From a virus (taxonomy: Duplodnaviria; Heunggongvirae; Uroviricota; Caudoviricetes): a stretch of 42,039 bases of DNA. This document shows, piece by piece, positions 9,157 to 19,538 of the stretch. The stretch lies in the IMG/VR virus record IMGVR_UViG_2740892429_000003; one strand, written 5' to 3'. The translations under genes were made by a program, and so were the position numbers. Numbering within the stretch: position 1 is the first letter of the stretch; every line of letters begins with the position of its first letter. Below the pieces are notes generated by a model that was not told the DNA's origin, searched no databases, and worked only from the letters and a program-made list of their open reading frames with translations.

Positions 9157-9743
9157 TAGCCGCCTCCCAGTAATGACGCCACGTTACCCGTAATGCTTTT
9201 CAGCAGTGAAGTATCTGGAGGCTTTGTGGTTTTGTTGCCGCTGTTCTGTACCGCCGACGTGCTGGCCCCTTCCTTCATGTTGGTTTTATCCGCGACGGTA
9301 ATCTGCTGTGTCCGGGAGATAAGGACCTCCCTCAGGGTAAGGACGGCGGACAGGACGTTTTCGGTTGTCTTGTCCGTCGTCACTTCCAGCGCCCGGATCA
9401 ACATGTTGCTGTACAGCCGTTTACCGGTTACCACATCGAAGGGGATACGGCTTTCCTGCAGATCCAGTAGCTCCTGATACGTCTGCTGAGGACTCAGGCC
9501 GAGCAGGCTGGTAGCCGTCAGGTTACTGGCAAAATCCAGCAATGTGCCGCCACCGGCGAAACCAACCTCCATCACCACTTCTGACGGTTTTTTATAGGCA
9601 TGATCAGCGACAGCAGCCCCGACCTCTACCGGATGCTCGGTTATTTCAAGCATATCTGTATGCTTCTCTGAAATAACAACACTGGGAACAATCATTCCTA
9701 TTTTTCTGCTCTGCTGATGAAAAAGTGTAGAGAGAATATCCAC
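9156..9743 (-). CDS. Tail-associated protein
   Basis: 195 aa; directly downstream of tape measure gene. Confidence 0.4.
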   Translation of the reverse strand: MDILSTLFHQQSRKIGMIVPSVVISEKHTDMLEITEHPVEVGAAVADHAYKKPSEVVMEVGFAGGGTLLDFASNLTATSLLGLSPQQTYQELLDLQESRIPFDVVTGKRLYSNMLIRALEVTTDKTTENVLSAVLTLREVLISRTQQITVADKTNMKEGASTSAVQNSGNKTTKPPDTSLLKSITGNVASLLGGG

Positions 9744-11752
9744 TAACCCACCCTCACCTGATTACTTCGCATGACCTGAGCATTTGCAGACTGTTGCCGA
9801 CGTGCAACCTCATTACCGACAGCGTGCGGATCTCCGCCACCGTAAATGTGGTAGGTATTTTGCTGGTTAACCTCTGTCACTTTGCCACTAATTCCCGCCA
9901 CGGCAGCCTTATTAATCAGCTCTCGAGAATAGATATTTCTTCCATTTTCATGCTGGATAATGCTGCTCATCAATGCTGACATGGTTTTCGGATCGCTCAT
10001 ATTCAGGGCAGCCCGGGGATCCACTCCCAGTCGTTGCGATACAGCCCTGATATACGCAGTTGTGTTGTTATTATCAGAGGCAGGTGCCCAGGTAGAGATA
10101 ATTTTTTCCACACTGTTTATTCCTCGCCCGGCGTACAACATTAACTGACGAGCAAGAGCCCGTAATCCATCAAAGGCAGTTTCAAATCTGGCAAATCGCC
10201 CGCCCGGGTGTTCAAGAGAAGCCCCCGCCTGACCAGCAAAATTAAGGTTTCCCGGATTGTTATTCCGCTCTCCTCGTTTCGTAGCCTGTGTATGTTGTTC
10301 CGGCTCATCATCACCAAACCAGCCGCGTACCGTCCGGCCCACACTGCGGGGATCGAATCCCCAGTGCTCTTTAATCCAGTCGGCAGTACTGTTAGCGCTG
10401 TCTGTAACCATCGGCATCGCTGACGGATTTTCGCTGCCCTGATTAAGTATCTGTTTGCCGATGCTGACGGCATCAGCCCAGCGTCCATCTTTGATAGCGT
10501 TGAGCAGGTCGGCGATCATGTTCAGCATTTTGCTGAATTCGCCCATCTGGTCGATGAAGTTGCTGAAATCCCACTTCAGGGACCATGATTTGGGGTCAAT
10601 ATTGAGTAGTTTCGCCAGCGCTTTCGCCAGATCGTTAACGGTCGTTTTAAGGTCACGAACCATCTTCAGCGCGGCATCGACCTCCGGTTTCCACTTGCCC
10701 CAGTCAATCAGGCTGTCGCCGCCTTCCTTCCAGGTCTGATAGTCCTCCCACAGGAGGGCAATCCCCGCCGCCAGCGCGGTAATGAGGCCAACCGGCGACA
10801 TCCAGAACGTACTGTTCAGAATGCGCAGCGCAATCGTCAGTGCGCCAAACAGCGAGATCAACTCCCGCGTTTGCTTATCCAGCGATTGCCACCAGGTGAT
10901 AAGGCCTGATGTCCCCTCAATCAGTCTGAAGAACAGCCGCCCGATAATATCCCCGAGCGCCAGAATGCCTTTTATGGCTTTCGTCAGGGTCTGCTCGATA
11001 CGAGGGAAGTTGTCCAGGATATGGCGGCGCAGGGTGTCCAGCGAACCTGCAAGCCCACCCGCAAGATTAGAGCCGATTTTGTCACGGGCCATGCCTGCCA
11101 TCGCGCTAAACTCACGCAGAGAGGTCATAAATTTGTTGGAGCTTCTGGCCGCCTCGTCAGCATTGAAGCCGATAGCTTTCGCCATTGCGCTGTACTGCCC
11201 GGAGAAGCCACCTACACCCCGGCGCATCGCCATAAGGGTATTTTCGTCAATGCCCAGCATCTGCGCATACTGGTTAGCCCGGTAATACGGCATGCTGCTG
11301 AGTTTCTGTCCAACGCCCGTAAAGATAGCGGCCATGTCACGCATGTTACCGCTGGCATCACGGGTCTGTACGCCCAGGCGATTCAGAAATCCCTCCGCCC
11401 CGGGATTATTACGAATAAACCGGGAGAGTTTTTCCAGAGAAGATCGCGCAGCGTCCACGCTGCCGCCAACCTGCGAAACCGCATAGCCAATAGACTGAAT
11501 TCCCTGGACTGTCGCGCCGGTGCGCTGTGACGCCCAGTAAAGATTATCCAGACCAGAGGCGATCCTAGCCGTGAAGGCCACCACGGACAGCGCCGCTCCT
11601 TCGACGGCCAGCCCCATTTTGATGACATTTGCAGTTGTACCGGCGAGGACAGAACCGAATTTTTTCGCTCCTGCATCATCCACACTGAAGCCAAGCGAGA
11701 CGAGGAAATCTTTAATAGTCTCGGCGTTCATTATCCTCTCTCCATTTCTCAA
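9743..11752 (-). CDS. Tail tape measure protein
   Basis: 669 aa; alanine/glycine-rich helical protein downstream of sheath/tube/chaperone; start may be the internal MNAETIK (11731). Confidence 0.8.
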   Translation of the reverse strand: MRNGERIMNAETIKDFLVSLGFSVDDAGAKKFGSVLAGTTANVIKMGLAVEGAALSVVAFTARIASGLDNLYWASQRTGATVQGIQSIGYAVSQVGGSVDAARSSLEKLSRFIRNNPGAEGFLNRLGVQTRDASGNMRDMAAIFTGVGQKLSSMPYYRANQYAQMLGIDENTLMAMRRGVGGFSGQYSAMAKAIGFNADEAARSSNKFMTSLREFSAMAGMARDKIGSNLAGGLAGSLDTLRRHILDNFPRIEQTLTKAIKGILALGDIIGRLFFRLIEGTSGLITWWQSLDKQTRELISLFGALTIALRILNSTFWMSPVGLITALAAGIALLWEDYQTWKEGGDSLIDWGKWKPEVDAALKMVRDLKTTVNDLAKALAKLLNIDPKSWSLKWDFSNFIDQMGEFSKMLNMIADLLNAIKDGRWADAVSIGKQILNQGSENPSAMPMVTDSANSTADWIKEHWGFDPRSVGRTVRGWFGDDEPEQHTQATKRGERNNNPGNLNFAGQAGASLEHPGGRFARFETAFDGLRALARQLMLYAGRGINSVEKIISTWAPASDNNNTTAYIRAVSQRLGVDPRAALNMSDPKTMSALMSSIIQHENGRNIYSRELINKAAVAGISGKVTEVNQQNTYHIYGGGDPHAVGNEVARRQQSANAQVMRSNQVRVG

Positions 11753-11908
11753 TGCGCCGCTGGTTATCCGCTTTTACCGCCAGATGGTCATTCAAGAGAG
11801 CAATGTCGTACAAATCGACAGAGCCATCTTTAAGTGCTGTATAAGGAATTAACCCGGCATCAATCGGATTGAGAAGGTAGGACAGCCCGTCCGGCAGGCT
11901 GTTAAACG

Positions 11909-12361
11909 TCAGTCCTGTTGCAGGCTCTGCGTCGTGCTGGTAAGGGATGTAGGCAAAAAATTTCCCAGCGAATCGGCGACCACCCGCGCCACCATCTGCA
12001 GCATGACCAGCAGGTCAATATCATCAAACATCAGTTCGCCCTGGGTAAATACCGGCACCCATCCGTCCATATGACGCCGCGACACCACCGCAAGACAGGG
12101 ATGAATAATCGCATCGGTGTCATCTTCGGTCAGGGAAGACAGTTCCTCAGCGATACGCGGGAGCATGGTTTCAAACACCGGTTTTAACTGCTCGAATTTC
12201 ACGGTGTCGATTTTGCCATCAGCAGGCAAACGGGAGCGAATGCTCCCGAAATCTGACATCATTCCCGCCAGTACCGGCAGAAGTTTGCGGGTCACTTTCA
12301 GCTGGTCAAAAACGCTGAGTTTTGCCGTGCGATATTTTACACCTTTGATTTCGAATTCCAT
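11909..12361 (-). CDS. Tail assembly chaperone, with -1 frameshift extension to about 11712
   Basis: 150 aa between tube and tape measure; slippery T_TTT_TTG in register near 3' end opens an 80-codon -1 frame across the gap. Confidence 0.6.
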   Translation of the reverse strand: MEFEIKGVKYRTAKLSVFDQLKVTRKLLPVLAGMMSDFGSIRSRLPADGKIDTVKFEQLKPVFETMLPRIAEELSSLTEDDTDAIIHPCLAVVSRRHMDGWVPVFTQGELMFDDIDLLVMLQMVARVVADSLGNFLPTSLTSTTQSLQQD

Positions 12362-12364
12362 GTA

Positions 12365-12805
12365 TTAAAACTCCCCGAGAACCTGGTCAATCTTGCCGCA
12401 GTCAAACACCCACGGCATCGTATTACCGGTTTTAGCGTTGGCGTTGTCCGGTTGTTTCTGGAACGCAACACTGCGTGCCGTGATGATGTCGCCACTGACC
12501 TTGTTGCGGATCACGATAACGTTATTCCCCCATGTGGCAGAAGACTGGCTCTGTGCGTTATACGCCAGCGACAATTTTTTATTTGTCGGTGATGTCTTCA
12601 GAAGGTTAACGGTAATCGTCCCGCTTTTATCTGCATGGAGACTGTGCATCACATCGCCATCAGCACCGATGGTCATGGTGTTTTTAGGACCGCCCATCGC
12701 AACCACAATCCCCTCCTCAGAACTTGCCGAACCGTACCCGAGGTCAATCGAACCGGTCGGCCCGGTCAGCGTCGCAGTGACATCCATAAAAGAATAGGTA
12801 GACAT
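12365..12805 (-). CDS. Tail tube protein
   Basis: 146 aa immediately downstream of sheath gene. Confidence 0.65.
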   Translation of the reverse strand: MSTYSFMDVTATLTGPTGSIDLGYGSASSEEGIVVAMGGPKNTMTIGADGDVMHSLHADKSGTITVNLLKTSPTNKKLSLAYNAQSQSSATWGNNVIVIRNKVSGDIITARSVAFQKQPDNANAKTGNTMPWVFDCGKIDQVLGEF

Positions 12806-12816
12806 TCACTTCCCCC

Positions 12817-13962
12817 TTAGCGAACAACGTTAATCTGTACGTCAGCGTAATGAACCGCGCCTGCAAGTTTTATTGCAGCCTGAATCACCGGGGCCTTACG
12901 GGCTTCACGTTCTGATTGTGCCTGTTCATCCAGCGGCTGGGCGTATACGTAATAACCTTTGGGCAGCGTGTCACCTGATGACAACTGCCCAAGGTCGCCA
13001 CCGTTCCATACGCCCGGAGCAATCAGTCCATTCTGAACGGCCTGATCCAGTGATTTTTCTACATTTGATAACAGTCGGGTAATACCGGCTTCAGTCTGGG
13101 GAACTTTCGTGGTGCTGGTATAAAGCAGGTTATAGAGGTTGGTCTGCACATAATTCTGTAACCAGTCCAGGCCGTGGCGTTCATCAAAGAAATCGCCGTT
13201 AGCCATCACTCCCTGCTGGAGGATAGCCGTATCATTCTGGTAGTACACGAACACATTGCAGTTTTTTGCATCAAGTGCCGATGCCTGGCTGACTGTCAGT
13301 GTTTCATACCCGACACCCGGCTCCTGCTTAAACTTGAGCGTAATCGCGGTATTACTGCCATTGAAATTAACCGTGAATGCCCGGCCAAATGCAGATAACG
13401 CAGCGTATTTATTACCCGATGAATACTGAATAAAACTGCGTGAATATCCGGCGGTTTTCAGTTTTGATGACAAATCATCGCTGGATGCAGTCTGCAGGCA
13501 TTTCTCATCGCTTGTCGTAATCGCCAGAATACGGCTTACAGAAGAGGATTCGATCGCCGCAGCCACTTTCAGCCAGTCTGCATCCGGAATATCTTCATCG
13601 TCTGCAATCACCAGCCCATACCATGAAGTATAATCGAGCATGGCATTCACAGCCTGCTCCAGCGTCTCAGGCGTGGCCTGTTCGCTGTCACCCTTCGTTT
13701 TCACCCAACGACCAACAAAAACCTCCTGAGGTTTCGGTGATTGTGAGAAAAACACCTGCGCAGCCTTATATTCTGGTGATTCCACGCCAAAATCTTTTCC
13801 AATATCTTCCGCGGCAGAATAACGGCGAATGCGCTCACTTACCGGAATGATTGTGGACGGGCCGAGAATGAGTAATGCACCAAAATTTCGCCCTGATGCT
13901 GCACGCGGCGACATGATCACATCAACATTAACAACGTTTGATACAGGCAAGCCCTGTGCCAT
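12817..13962 (-). CDS. Tail sheath protein
   Basis: 381 aa upstream of tube gene in a contractile-tail cluster. Confidence 0.7.
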   Translation of the reverse strand: MAQGLPVSNVVNVDVIMSPRAASGRNFGALLILGPSTIIPVSERIRRYSAAEDIGKDFGVESPEYKAAQVFFSQSPKPQEVFVGRWVKTKGDSEQATPETLEQAVNAMLDYTSWYGLVIADDEDIPDADWLKVAAAIESSSVSRILAITTSDEKCLQTASSDDLSSKLKTAGYSRSFIQYSSGNKYAALSAFGRAFTVNFNGSNTAITLKFKQEPGVGYETLTVSQASALDAKNCNVFVYYQNDTAILQQGVMANGDFFDERHGLDWLQNYVQTNLYNLLYTSTTKVPQTEAGITRLLSNVEKSLDQAVQNGLIAPGVWNGGDLGQLSSGDTLPKGYYVYAQPLDEQAQSEREARKAPVIQAAIKLAGAVHYADVQINVVR

Positions 13963-13965
13963 AGC

Positions 13966-14574
13966 TTAATCTCCGAAAAAGATGACTGGTGCTTCCACCA
14001 GCGATTTAATACCGTACTCGCGCACAACCTTCCGGCGCAGACGCACCGTCATATCGTAGCGGCGGACCCATTGCTGATTAATAAGTTCAGGGAAGGGAGT
14101 CAGACCTGTGTAATCGCCAAGAGACAGCCCCAGCGCATTCAGTGCTGCGTTGTTCTGCGCCACAGATATACCGTCACGAAACCGGGACGCATACACCATC
14201 CCCGACGGACCATAAAACGAAGCCATACACTCAATCGTTTCATGCCGCCAGAGCTGAGAGCCATCATCGGTCTGTCTGGTGAATGCCGGACTGTCATCAC
14301 CTGACCATCCGATAACCCCAAACGCACACCAGTTCGTTTCAGCCGGTAACAGTGGCGGCTGCTCTTTCTGCCAGCGCGGACGAACCATCCCGGCAGACAG
14401 ACCGGAAACGTTACGCATCCACTGGCTTAACAGCCTGTCGAGCGCTTCGTCATAATCCGGATCGCCACTGGTTGGTATCAGCCATCCGCGCTCTGTGCTG
14501 GTGTTATTGCTCAACAGGAATTCCCCCATCAAACGGCAGCAACTCACAATGCGCCTGAACGAATCCGGCACCAT
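13966..14574 (-). CDS. Head-tail joining / tail completion protein
   Basis: 202 aa; position between head and sheath genes; function from synteny only. Confidence 0.35.
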   Translation of the reverse strand: MVPDSFRRIVSCCRLMGEFLLSNNTSTERGWLIPTSGDPDYDEALDRLLSQWMRNVSGLSAGMVRPRWQKEQPPLLPAETNWCAFGVIGWSGDDSPAFTRQTDDGSQLWRHETIECMASFYGPSGMVYASRFRDGISVAQNNAALNALGLSLGDYTGLTPFPELINQQWVRRYDMTVRLRRKVVREYGIKSLVEAPVIFFGD

Positions 14575-14893
14575 AAGCTGTATACGGGTCGACGAAGGTC
14601 ACACGATAATCACGGCCCTGATACGTCACGATATCGGCATCACGGCCAGTCTGTCCCTGCGTCAGTCGCTCAGTCGTCACAATCAGAATTGCACCGCTGA
14701 TTACCTGCCCTGCCTGCATACGGCGGTTTTCCAGAGAGCGATCAACAGTTACGACTCCGGCAAACTGCTTTTTAACTTCACTGTCGCTGCCGATCCCGTC
14801 CTCATCCACCGTTTGCACTCGGCGTGTTACCCACAAATTGAAGTCGCAAAAATCGGGGTCAAAAAGCACATCAGTTACATCAAGAGTCGGCAT
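14504..14893 (-). CDS. Head-tail joining protein
   Basis: 129 aa; synteny only. Confidence 0.35.
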   Translation of the reverse strand: MPTLDVTDVLFDPDFCDFNLWVTRRVQTVDEDGIGSDSEVKKQFAGVVTVDRSLENRRMQAGQVISGAILIVTTERLTQGQTGRDADIVTYQGRDYRVTFVDPYTAYGAGFVQAHCELLPFDGGIPVEQ

Positions 14894-15434
14894 CTTTATC
14901 CCTCACAACATGGGTAATGGCTCTGCGATATTGCCCGGTATCAATTAATGGTTTCGCCAGATCGGTTCCCGGAGATTCGCCAGCAGCACGCCGGGCAAGT
15001 TCCAGTGTTGCCCCCTTGCGCCCCCGACGAGCCCGGGCTTCAACAGTACTGTCAGCAAGCGGCGTAAAGCCGGTAATGGTCATGTAACGCCTGACGCCAT
15101 TAGCGGCCAGCGTTCCGGCACGGTTGAGTGCGCTTTCTGCTCCCGCAGCATTACCATCAAGAGCAGCCTGCGCCGCGGCTTTGAGCTGCGGCACCGTCTG
15201 CTCTTCTGCCGATTTAACGCCGGGGACCAGGTGAGGTCGTGGCGGGATGTTCTGCTCTGGTGAGCCGTATTCGTTGAGGTAACCGATACCCGCATTACCA
15301 AACGGAACATCATCCCGCCCGCTGTCTTCCGAAGGGATGCCGACCAGCACATCTTTTTTGGTTAACGACCTGAGCGCATCCAGAATGGCCTTAGCGTTAT
15401 CCACCCTCGTTGTTACACCGCTTTTGAAACTCAT
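14880..15434 (-). CDS. Head-tail joining protein
   Basis: 184 aa; synteny only. Confidence 0.35.
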   Translation of the reverse strand: MSFKSGVTTRVDNAKAILDALRSLTKKDVLVGIPSEDSGRDDVPFGNAGIGYLNEYGSPEQNIPPRPHLVPGVKSAEEQTVPQLKAAAQAALDGNAAGAESALNRAGTLAANGVRRYMTITGFTPLADSTVEARARRGRKGATLELARRAAGESPGTDLAKPLIDTGQYRRAITHVVRDKDADS

Positions 15435-15838
15435 AGCTGGCGACCGCCTGCACCGAACATCGTGATCAACTGATAAAATTCAGCGCCATATCGGGTGTTA
15501 TTCCAGAAACCTGCATCAGGATTCAGCGTCGCGCTGGTGTCATAACTGACGCTTACCTTATCCACGGACTTTGAGGACTGAACACCATTGGTTGAACCGC
15601 CCGGACCACCAGCCAGCATCGCCCGGCTGTCTGCCGCCCAGAGCGTCATGTAGTGCGCAACGAACAACCCGGCAAAGTACGGAAACAACTTTTTGCCGGT
15701 GACGTTTTCGCTCAGCAGTTCATCGGCCAGATTCAGACGAAACTGGATTTGCGCTTCGGGATATTTGGCAGGGTCAGCAAACTGCGGGAAGTCGCGGCGA
15801 AAATCACTTACCGCTGGCAGACTTTGATTCTTTGGCAT
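15431..15838 (-). CDS. Head completion protein
   Basis: 135 aa; synteny only. Confidence 0.35.
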   Translation of the reverse strand: MPKNQSLPAVSDFRRDFPQFADPAKYPEAQIQFRLNLADELLSENVTGKKLFPYFAGLFVAHYMTLWAADSRAMLAGGPGGSTNGVQSSKSVDKVSVSYDTSATLNPDAGFWNNTRYGAEFYQLITMFGAGGRQL

Positions 15839-16025
15839 TTTTTACCTCGTTACGCGCGTCTGTGGCTTTGCCAACGGATACTTCCGCGTGCGCACGAGTG
15901 AACCAGTGCGTGGCAACGTCTTCCTCCACAGCATGACGGCCTTTAACAAACTCGCGCCGAGAACCGTCGGGAAGCGTGAGCACAAACGGGGTATGTACGT
16001 GTATTACTGCATCATTTTTTGCCAT
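15804..16025 (-). CDS. Small phage structural-module protein
   Basis: 73 aa immediately downstream of capsid gene. Confidence 0.3.
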   Translation of the reverse strand: MAKNDAVIHVHTPFVLTLPDGSRREFVKGRHAVEEDVATHWFTRAHAEVSVGKATDARNEVKNAKESKSASGK

Positions 16026-16066
16026 CGGGTCATCCTTAATGGCCCCGCCAGGGGGCCATGTGGCTG

Positions 16067-17008
16067 TTAAATGCCATCAACGTACGAAATGGTTTCTTTG
16101 TACACTGGCTCGACTGCACCCAGCTTGCCGTAGTAAGTGACGATCTGATACAGACCGCGATACTGCACCGGCACGCTCTGAAGCGGAACCAGCGGGTAGC
16201 GGACGTATTTTTTATCGTTGGTGTACGCAACCATGCGATCCTTTTTCCCCACACCACGGCCTTTCAGCCATTTAACCGCGCGGATATTCAGCGGAACACC
16301 GTTCTGGTGATAGCTGATGGTGTTGGTCTGAAGGTACGTCAACAGGGACTGGTTACCCGCAGATGAAACGATGATGCTGGACAACAGAGCAAACTGCTCA
16401 GGCGGGATCAGCAAATCACGCGGAACCACAGAGTAACCGGAAGCGGCCCACGCATCAGACAGCACCTGATTAATGCTTGCGCGGATTTCGTCCGGCGTTG
16501 AGGTTGCCCACGTTTTGGCAGCGTTGTTGACAGGCACGCCGTCCAGGGTAATAAAGCCTTTCAGGTTTAATGCGGAATCGCCAACATACACCTGTTCATC
16601 GTTATCCATCTGCCATTTCAGTTGCATACCGTCATACTTCTGCGTATCAATCGGGCGGCCGACCTGCTGAGCAGCCTGCAATTCTATGACCGTCCAGCCA
16701 AGTTCCATCCCCCACAGGTTCAGCGGGTTACCGGATTTGCCGATATCCACGTTTACGCCAGCAATAGCGGTTGAGTCTTTGCCTACCCAGTTTTTGCCAT
16801 TCGGATTTGCACCAGTACCCGCAGCGGCGAAGCTGGTATTCGTCCAGCTGGAAATGTCATCTGCGATAGAGACATCTTCACGCAACTGAATATCGCGGGT
16901 CCAGGTGTACCCCACCAGTGGCAGGTTCAGCGTCTGGTCGAGTCGCTCCAGCTCCCCGATGAGAAAGGCACCAGAGCTGTCAACGGTTGCCTGATCAAAA
17001 GTAATCAT
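16067..17008 (-). CDS. Major capsid protein
   Basis: 313 aa; position after scaffold/decoration genes. Confidence 0.6.
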   Translation of the reverse strand: MITFDQATVDSSGAFLIGELERLDQTLNLPLVGYTWTRDIQLREDVSIADDISSWTNTSFAAAGTGANPNGKNWVGKDSTAIAGVNVDIGKSGNPLNLWGMELGWTVIELQAAQQVGRPIDTQKYDGMQLKWQMDNDEQVYVGDSALNLKGFITLDGVPVNNAAKTWATSTPDEIRASINQVLSDAWAASGYSVVPRDLLIPPEQFALLSSIIVSSAGNQSLLTYLQTNTISYHQNGVPLNIRAVKWLKGRGVGKKDRMVAYTNDKKYVRYPLVPLQSVPVQYRGLYQIVTYYGKLGAVEPVYKETISYVDGI

Positions 17009-17019
17009 TCGTCTGTTCC

Positions 17020-17526
17020 TTAAATCTTCCAGGAAATTTCTGCATTGCCGTCAGCATCACCGGCACCTGTGAATTCAGCGTTGGTCAGCACCACATTTTT
17101 GCCACTGACTGACGTGGACATGAATCCCCCCAGCGGCACTTTGATGGATTCATCAGTGGAGACGACAACGTATACCGGGTCGCCTTTTTTGATGGTGCTG
17201 GCATCAAAATCAGAACCGAGATTAACAGTCACGTAGCCACGCTTCATGGCGTCGCCCGGGAAGTTCTTGCCTGTTCCCACCTGGCGAACCATGTCCGGCT
17301 GCGACGTGGTCGGATAAGGGCGCACGTAGACCCCCTTCACCTTGTCTGCGGTATCACCATCTGCCAGCGGCACGAAAAAACCGTCATCATCGTATTTACC
17401 AGCCAGGCCATAGGCAGCGAAGGCGTTATCGGATTTAAGGACCACCGGTTCGACGGTTAAGTCCTGCGGGCGAGAGACAGCCCCGGCAATGCCAACAGGC
17501 ATCCGGTACAGAAATACATTATTCAT
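17020..17526 (-). CDS. Head decoration / structural protein
   Basis: 168 aa between scaffold-like and capsid genes. Confidence 0.4.
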   Translation of the reverse strand: MNNVFLYRMPVGIAGAVSRPQDLTVEPVVLKSDNAFAAYGLAGKYDDDGFFVPLADGDTADKVKGVYVRPYPTTSQPDMVRQVGTGKNFPGDAMKRGYVTVNLGSDFDASTIKKGDPVYVVVSTDESIKVPLGGFMSTSVSGKNVVLTNAEFTGAGDADGNAEISWKI

Positions 17527-17529
17527 TTT

Positions 17530-18750
17530 TTACCCTTTACAGTTTGCCCAGAATTCAGCGTTTTGTTTGTTCAGGGAAGCGATACTGGTCATGCCCATGT
17601 TTAGGCGCTGTGCATCGCCGGTGGTGGCGCGGGTGTTTCGCCCTTTGGCAATCTCAGACACGGCATTAAACACCATGTCGACCGATTGTTTCGGCAATTT
17701 GCGGATATCCGCATCACCGACGATCTGGCGAACCAGCGTTTTATCTGCGGAAGCCAGAACCTCGCGTTTGAACTCGGTCGGTTTCATCTTACGGCTCAGA
17801 TCGATACCCGGAACGATAACTTCGGCACGCCAGGCTGAGTCACCAGTAATCGTGGTTTCCTCTTCATCGTCCTCGCCGTCACCGATCGGATTATCGTCAG
17901 GCTTATTATCGTTATCTCCCGTGGCATTTCCTTCCAGCTTAGCCAGCAGGGCTTTCAGTAATGTTTTGAGGTCATCATCACTGTCGCCGGTTGGACCTCC
18001 GCCCATCTCTGGTGCTTTGTCCGGTAGCGGTTGCTGCGGGGACAGGTTGATGTTGAGATTAACGCCCTGCGGCAAATCCCCCTCATCTCCTGTAACCGAT
18101 GCGGGAGCCGACTCCACCAGTTCGTTCATGGTGTCGGCATCTCCTGTCTTGATGGCTGCACGCATGCGGTTCCACCAGTTTTTCTTTTGATTTGCCATTG
18201 TGTCTCTGTCTCCAATTGCACAACGATTTCCGGCTCTGCCTTTGGGGACAAGAGCCACATGGTTTCCGGTAATATCGACCTGCTCGGCTTTACCTGGCTC
18301 GGTCTGCTCGTACTCCGCGTCATAGCCGCACGACACTTCACGCAGGCCATCTTCGATAAGCTGAATGGCTTTTTCGTCTTTGACGATAAGGTCAGCCAGC
18401 ATCAAATCAGACTGCTCACCCGTCCCGCGCCGGACATTCTGGAGGTGCCCGACAGCAAGCTCTTTCCAGTTCTCGGGATTTACCAGCCGCACATTCCCGT
18501 TTTCATCTTCAGGATGCAGGATCGTGATGCTCATCCCTTCGAATGAGGCAAGCGTGGCCGGATGGAATACCTGCTCAGGAGAACGCGTGACGACTATTTC
18601 ACCGAACTTATCGGGTTTCAGTTTTGGCAGGTCATCAGCACCATAGAGCTGCTTACCTGTTCGTCCTATCGGCACGTCTCTGCACAGCAACGAGCCGTCA
18701 GCCAGCTGGTAGCGGGTTTCTCCCAGCCGGGTATTGAAAAAATATTTCAT
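17530..18750 (-). CDS. Prohead scaffold/protease-like protein
   Basis: 406 aa with long acidic low-complexity linker (GDSDDDLK...DGEDDEEE); position after head morphogenesis gene. Confidence 0.4.
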   Translation of the reverse strand: MKYFFNTRLGETRYQLADGSLLCRDVPIGRTGKQLYGADDLPKLKPDKFGEIVVTRSPEQVFHPATLASFEGMSITILHPEDENGNVRLVNPENWKELAVGHLQNVRRGTGEQSDLMLADLIVKDEKAIQLIEDGLREVSCGYDAEYEQTEPGKAEQVDITGNHVALVPKGRAGNRCAIGDRDTMANQKKNWWNRMRAAIKTGDADTMNELVESAPASVTGDEGDLPQGVNLNINLSPQQPLPDKAPEMGGGPTGDSDDDLKTLLKALLAKLEGNATGDNDNKPDDNPIGDGEDDEEETTITGDSAWRAEVIVPGIDLSRKMKPTEFKREVLASADKTLVRQIVGDADIRKLPKQSVDMVFNAVSEIAKGRNTRATTGDAQRLNMGMTSIASLNKQNAEFWANCKG

Positions 18751-18764
18751 GGGTTACCTGCGAT

Positions 18765-19538
18765 TCAGGCGGGATAAGATTGGGAGGTGGGAAAAACGAT
18801 TTCTTTATAACAGCGACAATTCGGGAGCTCGCCAGCGTGACCTGTCATGCCGTCAAGCGTTGGAGGTTTGCCCCATTCGACAAATTTACCTTCCATTTCC
18901 CGATGAGAATGCCTGACGTCACCATCTTCGGCTGTACGCCAGATATAACCATTCGAACCAATTGACAGCGCACGCGCCTGATCCAGCGCGCCGGTTGCAC
19001 GTCCAAGTTCAGTACGGGCAATCAGGTCAGCTCTGGACTTTGCTATATCACCCGATGCGGCTATTTCTTTAGCAAAATGTTCTGCTCTCCCACCGGTCAC
19101 AACAGCTTCTATCGCCCGATTCTGGATGTCGTACACCCTGTCAGCCGCCTCGAGGGGTAGCGATTTGATGTACTTGACCTGTTCGGCGATGATGGATTGC
19201 ATCACCTGGCCCACAGGAGCGCTTTCCACAAGATTGCGGAGCTCGCGACTGATGTTCTTGCTGTGTTGCCGCCAAACTTTCTCGTTCTGCCGGGTTAGGT
19301 CCGCAGTAAAGTTTTCCGCGACCTTTGTCGCCCAGGGGGTGATGATTTCACTGTAGCGCTCCAGCGCCGCAATAATTTCCGTGATACTGTCATTTGAACC
19401 ATCGTAGTGACCATTTACGATGTCTCCGACCGCCCGCGCTATCCTGCGTAGGCTGGTTCGATAGCGGATTTCCGCCTGACGGTTCCTGCGGTTCGTCATC
19501 AGGTTCGCCGATGCCGGGCGGCGCTTCGTCTTCGGCAT
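18765..19538 (-). CDS. Head morphogenesis protein (Mu F-like)
   Basis: 257 aa; C-terminal YIWRTAEDGDVRHSHREMEGK region typical of the F family; 5' end overlaps portal ORF. Confidence 0.65.
   Translation of the reverse strand: MPKTKRRPASANLMTNRRNRQAEIRYRTSLRRIARAVGDIVNGHYDGSNDSITEIIAALERYSEIITPWATKVAENFTADLTRQNEKVWRQHSKNISRELRNLVESAPVGQVMQSIIAEQVKYIKSLPLEAADRVYDIQNRAIEAVVTGGRAEHFAKEIAASGDIAKSRADLIARTELGRATGALDQARALSIGSNGYIWRTAEDGDVRHSHREMEGKFVEWGKPPTLDGMTGHAGELPNCRCYKEIVFPTSQSYPA

Noticed and set aside
17489-18190. 233-aa plus-strand ORF antisense to the scaffold-like gene
   Set aside because: Low-complexity Ser/Pro/Ala-rich translation, no SD, fully antisense to a well-supported structural gene; typical chance ORF in GC-rich DNA. 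Same reasoning applies to 35181..35873, 27136..27783, 11021..11530, 10782..11285, 34145..34705, 36349..36968 and 26939..27436.
19390-19538. 150-nt overlap between portal and head-morphogenesis ORFs as evidence of a frameshift or fusion
   Set aside because: More likely an over-extended 5' end of the downstream ORF from the longest-ORF convention; no slippery site seen.
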